Made by a program: the position numbers and the translations under genes. The notes under the pieces are model-generated. The model saw only the letters and a list, made by a program, of their open reading frames with translations, had not been told where the DNA came from and did no database searches. This document shows, one piece after another, positions 30,514-39,153 of a DNA stretch of 64,000 nt. This DNA comes from Thermodesulfobacteriota bacterium (GTDB taxonomy: Bacteria; Desulfobacterota; Desulfarculia; JACQYL01), in contig CAXXLZ010000002.1 of the NCBI GenBank assembly GCA_963675595.2, forward strand, positions 1,344,001-1,408,000, written 5' to 3'. Each line of letters begins with the position of its first letter. Position 1 is the stretch's first letter.

Positions 30514-30830
30514 GTTGGACGGCACATGCTGCTCGTTTTGCGAATCGCGTACGCGATTCGTAGAAGCGCAACGGGGGTCCGTTGGTCTCCCGGCGGGGGG
30601 TGCCGGGGTCCGTCCCACAGCGCGTGGCGAAACCGAAGTGGGGAGTTTTTCTGCCGATTCAAGAGATGGGGGACCGCTGGAGATATGTGAGGGAATTTAT
30701 TTCCCCCCTCAGCCTCTCCGCCCAAGGCGGCGAGGCCTGTTTGCGATGCTCTTGAGGGGGCGCGAGGAGGAAAAGGTGGGCCTCCGGCCGTCTTCCGGGC
30801 GGGCACTGCGGATTGCCCTTACAACAGGCG
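30514..30830. repeat. Composite REP mosaic
   Basis: GTTGGACGGCACATGCTGCTCGTTTTGCGAATCGCGTACGCGATTCG module (also at 35750, 43925, 52943 and reversed at 20590), plus CTCAGCCTCTCCGCC and a GTAG-like REP. Confidence 0.75.
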
Positions 30831-30857
30831 AGGCCCCCATGAAGGGTTGCCTCTCGA

Positions 30858-31052
30858 CTACATTTTCACCATGGCTGCGCCGCAGCAGCTGAAGCTGCAA
30901 TCCGAGCTTTCGTCGGCGCAGGAGTCACAGCATTGATCCTGTCCTTCGTGGTTGCAGCTCTTGACGACCTTGAGCTCCAGCCCGCAGTTCTTACAAGCAT
31001 ATACTTCGCCGACTTTCATGTCATTGCAGTGAACATGGTTGTGATGGGCCAT
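30858..31052 (-). CDS. Small Cys/His-rich metal-binding protein, desulforedoxin-like with a Cys-rich insert
   Basis: GEVYACKNCGLELKV...CCGAAMVK matches the desulforedoxin pattern; RBS GAGGAG. Confidence 0.75.
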   Translation of the reverse strand: MAHHNHVHCNDMKVGEVYACKNCGLELKVVKSCNHEGQDQCCDSCADESSDCSFSCCGAAMVKM

Positions 31053-31143
31053 TTTGCTTCTCCTCGGTTTTCAAGGGTTTCATGATACCACATGCCGAAA
31101 CAGGCAGTTGTCCTTCAAAGCGAACCGCCTTATACATATACCA

Positions 31144-31180
31144 TGACGGTGTATATACCCCCTATATGTATATACCGTCA
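31144..31180. promoter_or_regulatory. Putative CsoR/RcnR-type operator
   Basis: Inverted repeat TGACGG-TG-TATATAC-CCCCTATAT-GTATATA-CCGTCA with a central C tract. Confidence 0.55.
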
Positions 31181-31732
31181 AGCTCTCTTTAAGAATCAGG
31201 GTGTGGGGATCCGTGCGTCTCGATCCACGGATTTCATACGAATGGTGGCTGGGTGACGGCGGAAGAACGCCGAGAGAGGGGTCGGGTGAGAGGGAGGTCG
31301 GGTCTTGCTTCTTGTCCCTTTCCGGACTGAGTCGCTCCGACCGCTAACCCTTTGACGATCTGATTTCTCCTTTGATTCTCGCCCGATATGGCCGGAGGCA
31401 ATGATCGGGCATGCGGTTTTTTTGCACTTCCACTGAAGGCTACCGCCAAGCCGACGCGTCCGGGTGGGGCCCGGAGGGCCATACCGTGGTGTTTTACCAC
31501 CAAAACGGTCAGGCCGCCCGTCGGTTCACCACCATGGAAAAAAAGGGAGAACCCCGGTGCTGAGCGGACCCTTCCAGGCCCAAGCCGCCTTCACCCATGT
31601 GCCGACGGAAAGCCGCCGATAAGGCCTGCTTTAAGCCTCCTAATTCACAAGGCATCATTAAAACGATGCCCCTTATCTGCTTGAAACACGCCTGCAATTA
31701 GACAACCTATCAAAATTATAATACTTGATGAG

Positions 31733-31840
31733 GAGTATCGGCCTCACATGGTGGAAATTCCGAGTCCGAACTTCGGACCGCCCACCACCAAATAAGTACC
31801 GTCGCTCTGCGGGGCCGTTCGATTTCCGCCGGCCTTTTTT
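31733..31840 (+). other. Degenerate 3' copy of tRNA-Val(CAC) with terminator (att-like scar)
   Basis: CCTCACAtGGTGGAA..GACCGCCCACCACCAAAT and GGGGCCgTTCGATTTC..GGCCTTTTT align with 4473-4573. Confidence 0.8.
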
Positions 31841-31949
31841 CTCGGGTTGGAGGAAGACGGAGGCGGCCGTGCAGAGACTGCAAACGGAGCTGTCCGGTAG
31901 ATTGAGCTCGGAAGAACCTACACGGTTCCGCATCATTCGGGAGGGACTC

Positions 31950-33041
31950 ATGTTGAAAAGATGCACGATGTTTGCGATCGGGGTTTTGGGAATCCTGCTC
32001 ATAACGGCGGCGTGCGGAGATGATGAACATGCGAATACAGGAAGGGTGGGTTGGGCCATCGGCAGCCGGTCGGACAACACGGCCGCCGTTCTTCGTACCG
32101 CCGACGGAGGGCTCACCTGGGAGGAACAGGGAAATTCCGAGCTGTGGAGCGGAATGACCGGCAACGACATCAGCGCCGTGGACGATCTGACGGCTTGGGC
32201 GGCTGTCGGCACCAATGAGAATGAAGGCGCGATACTTCATACCGGAAACGGCGGAGCCGTCTGGGAGGTCCAGGCATTACCCGAAGGGGTCAATGATATC
32301 GTCAAAGGAGTCAAGGGGCTTTCCCCCAGCGTGGCCTGGGCCGTCACCCTTGAGGGCACGGTAATGCGCACCATGGACGGCGGCGAGAGTTGGGTCGTCG
32401 TACCTCACGACGGCGTGACCATGAGCCAGGTCAACCGCATCGACGCCAAAGGTGAAGACCTTTGGATCGCCGACTGGGGCGGCGGCGAATACGGCATGAT
32501 TCACTCGCCGGATTTCGGCGAGACCTGGCGTCGGGAGCAACTTCCGGGGGTCGATCCTTCCATCGGTGGGGGACCCATGGGAGTCAACATGGTGGACTCT
32601 CAAATCGCATGGGCCGCGGTGAGACCCGAAGCGAATCTTTACCGGACGAAGGATGGGGGGGCCGTCTGGGAGTTGGCCGCACCCGATGTGTCCGGGCCGA
32701 ACGATATAGATGATATCTGCGCGCCCGATGCCGATACCGTTTGGGCCGTGCAGAACATCGGCGGATTGAGCGGTGGTCGGATTATCCGCGTGCGCCTGGT
32801 TGATGGAGAAGTCGTCTCGGACGTCATGGACCCGACGGGAAACTACCAGTACGAGGGCGTGACCTGTTTGGACGAAAGAACCGTGTGGGCCGTGGGTTTC
32901 AAAGCATACGGCGTGTCGCCGGATTTGCCGGACGGAGTGATCCTTCACACGGACGACGGCGGTGAGAACTGGACGAGCCTGCCGATGCCCGTCAAGGACG
33001 TCTCATTGTGGAAGGTCTCGTTTGTCGGCGCCCATAGATGA
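31950..33041 (+). CDS. Lipoprotein with BNR/YCF48-like beta-propeller repeats
   Basis: Lipobox ITAAC; repeated T.DGG..W Asp-boxes. Confidence 0.85.
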   Translation: MLKRCTMFAIGVLGILLITAACGDDEHANTGRVGWAIGSRSDNTAAVLRTADGGLTWEEQGNSELWSGMTGNDISAVDDLTAWAAVGTNENEGAILHTGNGGAVWEVQALPEGVNDIVKGVKGLSPSVAWAVTLEGTVMRTMDGGESWVVVPHDGVTMSQVNRIDAKGEDLWIADWGGGEYGMIHSPDFGETWRREQLPGVDPSIGGGPMGVNMVDSQIAWAAVRPEANLYRTKDGGAVWELAAPDVSGPNDIDDICAPDADTVWAVQNIGGLSGGRIIRVRLVDGEVVSDVMDPTGNYQYEGVTCLDERTVWAVGFKAYGVSPDLPDGVILHTDDGGENWTSLPMPVKDVSLWKVSFVGAHR

Positions 33042-33080
33042 TGGGTTTACGGCCAGGGTCGGGTCCTGCCGTTGCCGTCT

Positions 33081-33166
33081 ATTCACGGGCTACGCGGTGA
33101 GGCCTGTCCAACGTGCTTTGGGAGGGGTTCGGGGGACGACTTTCCCGAAGGTCCTCCCCCGTGAAT
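33081..33166. repeat. Minimal REPIN-like element
   Basis: ATTCACGGG...CCCCGTGAAT between convergent genes. Confidence 0.8.
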
Positions 33167-33183
33167 CATTACCAACAGACCCC

Positions 33184-34875
33184 CTACTGCGGGTCTTCGG
33201 ACAGCAAGAGCAACAACAACGCCCCTGTGGGTGCGGGACCTAGTACGGTGTACGTCACACTTGCCATGCCGACGTTATCGGCAAAATCGGTCGCCGTGAC
33301 GACCAGGGTATGCCGGCCGGCTCCCTCGCTCCAGCCTTCCACCGTTACCTGGGGATAGGGGTCGGTATCGTCGTCGACCGAATAAGTCGCGGCGGGCACT
33401 TCGCCCACAGGGTAACGGGCGCCGTTCAGGGGAGCGGTGATGGTCACCGTCGGGTCCGTAGTGTCTTCGGCAAGATTATCGGTTGCGGATTTGGAGACGC
33501 TCAGGAAGACATTGCGAAGCCGGTTGCTGCGCTGCATGAAACCGTTCTTTTTCAGAACCTGCGCGTAGATGCGCCCGGCCAATATGTTGTCGGGGTATTC
33601 ATTGTAGACCATCCAGGCCATGAGCAGCGCCGCTTCCGCACTGTCGAGATCATCTGCGGCCAATTCCGCAGCCAGGGCGGTGGAGAGCATATGATCCATA
33701 TCACCGGTCATGGCTGCGGCGATCTGGGCGCGACGCTCCGTGGTCAGGCTTTTGACCAGTTCCGGAGGCTCACAGCCCGAACGCCATTCCCCGGGGTGGT
33801 AAATGCCGTGGACGGCCGCGGTGATGTCGCCGAAAAAGGGTTGAGCGTAAGAATTTCCCGACAATGGTTCCGTGAGCTCGATCCCGGCTGCGGCGTCGGC
33901 TTCGGTTACACTCAGGTCGATCTGCGCTTGGGTGGCCTCATAAATCTCCTGCATGGCATTTCTGAAGTCCGTCAGCCGCGTAGTGACGTCGGCCCCGGTG
34001 AGCACGGGACCGCGCAACGGCACCAGGAAATCGGGTTCTTTCGCCATTACGGCATTCAGACAGTCCACCCAGTCCGGTACAATACGGCCACGGCCGAGCA
34101 GCGGACCGATATCGGGGAAGGTCGGCGACCATACGTCACCGGCGATGATGACCCCCAGGTCCGGCAGCCAAACCGTCAGCCCGGCCGAGGAGACCGCAGT
34201 GGCCGGTATCAGGCTGAATTTGACCCCGCCCAGGGTAGCGCTGGTTTCAGTGGATACGAGCACGCTGGGATACAAATAGGGAAACACCCCGAAGGCCTCA
34301 TCCGGTCCAAGACGACCGTCCGAACCTGCTTCCAGGTAGGTTCCGAAAATCTTCAGCCGATCAGGCATCGTATTGGGATCTGCGGAAAACTCCGCCAACG
34401 CCGTGAAGAAGTCCGCTTCGGCCCAGACTGTCGGGGCTGAGCTCGCCAAGACGCAGGCGCCCCCGATCTGATACTGGGCGCAACCGGTGTAAATGATTGC
34501 CTGCAGTGTCTTGGTTCCGTAATACGGGCGCAGCAACGTCGTCGCGATCTGCATTTGGGCGGGGGACGCCGTCGTATCCACCAGCACCCAGCCGGTTTCG
34601 CCGACAATAGCGGTGGTATTGTTCATGCCGACGCCCCGGACCACATAGACGCCATCCGTCACGGTCTCCACGTGCGGCGTCTGGGGGAAAACATCATTGA
34701 AGAACTGGGCGAGATCGTTCTGGTTCACTCCGTCCCGCCACCACTGAACCCCGGGCTTGAGGGGATCGTCCTCCCAACCGGGCTGAATCCGGCCCGAAAC
34801 GTCCGCCATAACCATAGTCACAGCCGATGCCGGAAAAAGCATTACTGCGCACACCAGTACAAGGAACCGTCTCAT
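33184..34875 (-). CDS. Secreted alkyl-sulfatase (SdsA/BDS1)-like metallo-beta-lactamase-fold protein with degenerate metal site
   Basis: VTDGVYVVRG..N.T.I.G.TG..LVDT and dimerisation-domain-like segments; HxHxDH replaced by GCAQYQ; small Ig-like tail. Confidence 0.75.
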   Translation of the reverse strand: MRRFLVLVCAVMLFPASAVTMVMADVSGRIQPGWEDDPLKPGVQWWRDGVNQNDLAQFFNDVFPQTPHVETVTDGVYVVRGVGMNNTTAIVGETGWVLVDTTASPAQMQIATTLLRPYYGTKTLQAIIYTGCAQYQIGGACVLASSAPTVWAEADFFTALAEFSADPNTMPDRLKIFGTYLEAGSDGRLGPDEAFGVFPYLYPSVLVSTETSATLGGVKFSLIPATAVSSAGLTVWLPDLGVIIAGDVWSPTFPDIGPLLGRGRIVPDWVDCLNAVMAKEPDFLVPLRGPVLTGADVTTRLTDFRNAMQEIYEATQAQIDLSVTEADAAAGIELTEPLSGNSYAQPFFGDITAAVHGIYHPGEWRSGCEPPELVKSLTTERRAQIAAAMTGDMDHMLSTALAAELAADDLDSAEAALLMAWMVYNEYPDNILAGRIYAQVLKKNGFMQRSNRLRNVFLSVSKSATDNLAEDTTDPTVTITAPLNGARYPVGEVPAATYSVDDDTDPYPQVTVEGWSEGAGRHTLVVTATDFADNVGMASVTYTVLGPAPTGALLLLLLSEDPQ

Positions 34876-34952
34876 CCTCTCCTCCCCTGACGTTGCACTA
34901 CGGAAGAACAGCTCGCGTCACCTGCCGGCCCGCTGAAAAAGACGGGCTACGT

Positions 34953-35076
34953 CAGGCTGTTCAAGAATGATGAGATGCAAGGCGCGCAAATCCCGAGGAA
35001 CGAGGCGTACATACGAGTACGTCGTAGTAACGAGGGCTGAAGCGCAACCCTGCAGATCGCATTTTTCAACGGCCTG
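34953..35076. mobile_element. ~120-bp MITE-like element copy
   Basis: CAGGCTGTTcAAgAA...TTTTTCAACGGCCTG. Confidence 0.75.
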
Positions 35077-35699
35077 ATGTCTACGGAAGATGGGTCACTG
35101 GTGCCGGAACATCCTCTATCTCACTATGCGTCTAATTTAAAAATCGGAGATTCACTCGAAATGAAAGGCACTTCGGACAGAAAGAATTATCAGGAAAAAC
35201 TAAGAAAAAGGCAAAAGAAAAAATCAGGCCGGCCTCCTTGAACGAATCACCTTCCAAACGCCGGAAAAGCCGGAATATCGAGTCTGAGCAGGTGAAGGGC
35301 GCGACCCACCGGACTCATCCTTGGGGTTTGACGAACATCGCCGGCAGAAGCCGACCGAGGCGAGCCTTCCCGAGTCATGTGAGGAATTCGTACACCGCAA
35401 CGTGCCTCTCGATGGCCTGCAGAACGAGGACAAAGGCGCTCACCTTGATTCAGGTGTTTGTCGCGGAAAAGCACCGGGAGAAGCCGGAGGTTGCGAACTC
35501 ACGGACGAAATCCGCGAGACCATCGCCATCGAACGCGCGGCCAAAAAGACTAAATCCATCATTGCTCACTTGCGCGTATTGTCCACCATCCCATGCTCCT
35601 CCGGTTCGATCATCTTTGCCCCGGCCTCCGCTCTGAACGAAATCACGCCGTATCCAACCTCTGAATTTCCCACCTTCCCGGCAGACACCGCACCGTTTC

Positions 35700-35885
35700 C
35701 ACAAAATCGCCTTCGGGCTCCTTTCCAAACACTTAAAGCATTTTAACATGTTGGACGGCCACATGCTGCTCGCTTTGCGAATCGCTCAAGCGATTCGCAA
35801 AAACGCAACGGGGGTCCGCGGGGCCATTGGTCCCCCGGCGGGGGGCACCGCTGGAGGCCTTCCAGCTACGGCACACCCAGTGAAT
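35700..35885. repeat. REP mosaic
   Basis: GCGAATCGC..GCGATTCGC module ending CACCCAGTGAAT. Confidence 0.7.
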
Positions 35886-36000
35886 AAGCATACAATTAGG
35901 TACATACATTTTTCTTGACTCAAAGAATAATTCCAATATAGATTATATTTTGGCAACATAGCCGTTTTTATGGCTATAAACAGGAAAGGATCGGTTTTTT

Positions 36001-37680
36001 ATGCGTCTTAGAGTTGTTCTCGTTGCCATATCTATTGTTTTGGCGTCGGGAACTGTTTTTGCCGCCGCCCCTGTAATTACCTTGGCACAACCAACACTGA
36101 TCTTCAATGATGTCGAAAGCGACACCTATCGTCTGGTCGCAGTGGGTGCGACCGCTACGGACACGGATGGAGGCGTGAACGGCGACGGGGAATTAACCGT
36201 TTGCGCCGATGGAGGCGCCCGGGGTGGATCCAACGGTGTGGCGCTCGATGAGCTTTATATCAACACCGACGGAACCGGATTAACCATAGAGCTCAACCTC
36301 GCAAATATTAAAGAGAACCTATTGCTGTACAATGGCAGCGAGATTGCCATTCTTGGAGCGGGGAACGGGTTGGCACCGCTTGTCGTAGCGTTCACGCGAA
36401 GCGCGACCATGGCTGAAGTAACCCACATCATTCAAAATATCATGTGGCGCAACCGGGCCAACTCACCGAGAGCTTCCCGTGTTTTCGCCTTCCGCTTATT
36501 CGATGGATTCGAAACGTCCGAATTTGCCAATCTGACCATCAATGTAACGCATGCAAATAAACCACCGGTAAATCGAACGAATATTGTAATGAAGGAACTG
36601 AATCCGGCTTTGATCAGGGACGAATATTTTGGAGGAGAGGACTGGCATCTTGACCGTGGACCGTCAAAGAGTTTCGCTCCCGAAGTTTTCGACGGCGACA
36701 GCAGGTTTAAACTTGTCATTGACGACAATCCTCAAGTGGGCTCTCATCAAGGCTACATGTATCCTGCCGAAAATGCGACACATGTTTCAGTCGATCTGTA
36801 TGTGCCGTCGGATTGGGGAGTGACCGGAGGGGCCGCTCCTTCCCTCTGGATAAACAGTTTTTCAAACGACGGAGAACGGATCGAAGATACCTATCCGATC
36901 ATTCGCGTCCAGCAGAAGGCTTCGGAGAGTCATCCGGCCTACTTTCAATGTTACATAAACGATGCCTGGGATGCGCAAGCCCTGCCTGCGGATGTGAAGC
37001 TCGACACGTGGATGAATTTGGATGTCAGGCTCGAGGCGGGAGACGTCCTGTTCAAGCTCACCGGCGAAAAAACGGATGGTTCCACCTTTGAACTTACCGC
37101 CAAACAGACGGGAACGACGGCCGACACTTTGTGGCAGGCGGCGCTCGAACCCGCCACAGCTGCCGTCGGAGAAGAATACACAGTGTATTATGACAACTTC
37201 ACTTTCAACTCCGGCTCAACGGCGAACGAGACCTGGGAAAGCCTTGAGATTGGCGCAGGGAGCAATACCGCCATTGTGGGCTTGGAGGTTGCCGATCCCA
37301 ACAATGGAGACATCCTTACGACCACGTTGACAACATCCGCGGGAACATTCAGCGTCACCAGTCAACTTGGAGCGTCGGTCGCCGGTAATCAATCCTCGAC
37401 AATAAAAATTACCGGTTCGCCGGAACAGATTAATGCAACGCTAAAAACCTTGTTCTTCAAGTCATCTTTGTCTGTGACGGGCATCCAGACAATTACCGTT
37501 CATACGGAGGATATGGCCGGCCTTAGTAGTACGGATACCATCGAACTTTCAGTCGCTCCCCGTTCCCAACAGTCCATTGAAGCGGTCCCATGCCTGACCG
37601 AGTGGGGGATGATCTTGTTTTCACTGCTTCTCATGGCAGGGGCCTTGGTTATAACGAGACACGGGAAAAGAAGCATCTGA
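36001..37680 (+). CDS. Exported surface protein with IPTL-CTERM sorting signal
   Basis: Signal peptide; C-terminus AVPCLTEWGMILFSLLL..basic tail. Confidence 0.82.
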   Translation: MRLRVVLVAISIVLASGTVFAAAPVITLAQPTLIFNDVESDTYRLVAVGATATDTDGGVNGDGELTVCADGGARGGSNGVALDELYINTDGTGLTIELNLANIKENLLLYNGSEIAILGAGNGLAPLVVAFTRSATMAEVTHIIQNIMWRNRANSPRASRVFAFRLFDGFETSEFANLTINVTHANKPPVNRTNIVMKELNPALIRDEYFGGEDWHLDRGPSKSFAPEVFDGDSRFKLVIDDNPQVGSHQGYMYPAENATHVSVDLYVPSDWGVTGGAAPSLWINSFSNDGERIEDTYPIIRVQQKASESHPAYFQCYINDAWDAQALPADVKLDTWMNLDVRLEAGDVLFKLTGEKTDGSTFELTAKQTGTTADTLWQAALEPATAAVGEEYTVYYDNFTFNSGSTANETWESLEIGAGSNTAIVGLEVADPNNGDILTTTLTTSAGTFSVTSQLGASVAGNQSSTIKITGSPEQINATLKTLFFKSSLSVTGIQTITVHTEDMAGLSSTDTIELSVAPRSQQSIEAVPCLTEWGMILFSLLLMAGALVITRHGKRSI

Positions 37681-37962
37681 CAAAAAACGCTCATCGTATG
37701 ATGAACGAGAATACACGTATATCGTCACGAATAGGCGTATTCAACGAGCTGATAAATGTCGCGTTCGCGTAACTCTAACGCAGCGCCTCGGGCGTGACAG
37801 CCCTGATAAAGTCGCATAGAAGTTTCGGGCATAAGATGATAGTGTCAAGCAGCGTGATTGATAGAATGACATCCGAAATTACACCAGAGCGAAATATCAT
37901 AAAACCTGTTAATGAGCCGATATCCCGACCGTGTTAGAGCCAAGAGCGGACCCGACTCCTTA

Positions 37963-39105
37963 TCACTTCACGTCGATGTCATAGTCCGGATATAGTTTCC
38001 TAAAGCATTCCGGGCAGATACTGTGACTGAATTCAGCCTCGGACCGGTCTTCAAGATATTCTTCCACCCTCTGCCAGTAACCATTGTCATCCCGAATATT
38101 CTTGCAGTATGAACAGATAGGCAAAATGCCTCTAAGGGTCTTGATCTCATTCAGAGCTTGTTTCAGACTGGTTATATCTTCTAAGATAATAATAATCCCA
38201 TCAAATTTCCCGCTTACATCAAGAAGCTTGGAAATCTTGATTTGATAACAATAGAGTTCATCACTTCTATGTACTTCTTCTTCAAATACCACGGTGTCAA
38301 GGTTGTCGGCCAAATAGGCGTCTATCCTACCTTCGAGCCACGGCAAAAGCTCCGCCGACCCCATACCACCGAAACACGATGGATCTACAGCAGATTCAGC
38401 GTCCAAACGTTGCTCCATCTCCAGCTGTCGGTCCCTGTTCAAGCAATAATATTGTGATCCCGGTGAAATATTTTTCTTGAACAACTTTGCTGCGGCAAAA
38501 TTCATATTATCTATCTTCTTGGCCCAATTCAGAATGATGACCGGATTGGGAATGCTCTCAAAAATTGTGAGATATTTGTTCTTTTCATTTGTCATCATTC
38601 GGTTGCTTATTTGCAGGTCGTGAATCGCCTTATCCCCTTTGGATCCGGACCATTCCACGCAGAAGGCTATTTCAATACGATCAAAAACCCGATTGACGAA
38701 TAGTTCATAGCTTTCCCGAAGCATTAAATCGAGTATTTCATCTCGGATCAGATCAATATACGATTGCCGATAGTACTTCATTAATCCCAAGAACATGTTC
38801 AGGCTAACGCCTCTTTCCCTATGTCTCTCGGCTTCCACAATCCCAAACATGGCGACAGGATATTCTTCAAGCTCTTCTTCCGGAATCAATTCAGGGATAT
38901 TATTATACTTCTGCAATCCTTCAATGATGGAACCTGTCAGTCCGGCGATAGACAAGCGCCAGGCCTCTTGTAAGGTTGATGTGTAAGCGGCATAGCCGTA
39001 TTGAACCGCATAATCCAAAATGCGCTTCATCAGCCGGTCTTCATTCTCTTCAAGGAGTCTTTTCAGATTATCGCCATACTGATGATTTTGGGCAACCATA
39101 GCCAT
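37963..39105 (-). CDS. Cytoplasmic sensor (helical N-domain + PAS) with Cys-rich C-terminal domain
   Basis: FESIPNPVIILN PAS start; LPICSYCKNIRD..HSICPEC. Confidence 0.82.
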   Translation of the reverse strand: MAMVAQNHQYGDNLKRLLEENEDRLMKRILDYAVQYGYAAYTSTLQEAWRLSIAGLTGSIIEGLQKYNNIPELIPEEELEEYPVAMFGIVEAERHRERGVSLNMFLGLMKYYRQSYIDLIRDEILDLMLRESYELFVNRVFDRIEIAFCVEWSGSKGDKAIHDLQISNRMMTNEKNKYLTIFESIPNPVIILNWAKKIDNMNFAAAKLFKKNISPGSQYYCLNRDRQLEMEQRLDAESAVDPSCFGGMGSAELLPWLEGRIDAYLADNLDTVVFEEEVHRSDELYCYQIKISKLLDVSGKFDGIIIILEDITSLKQALNEIKTLRGILPICSYCKNIRDDNGYWQRVEEYLEDRSEAEFSHSICPECFRKLYPDYDIDVK

Positions 39106-39153
39106 TCACTCAAACCCTTTCAGTTTGCGCCTCCGTCGGCATCTCGTGACCAA

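Noticed and set aside
31725-31949. Extended N-terminus of the 438-aa ORF
   Set aside because: Reads through the tRNA scar; the lipoprotein start with an RBS is at 31950.
35224-35640. Possible decayed gene on the minus strand
   Set aside because: Protein-like but has several stops and no family I can recognise.
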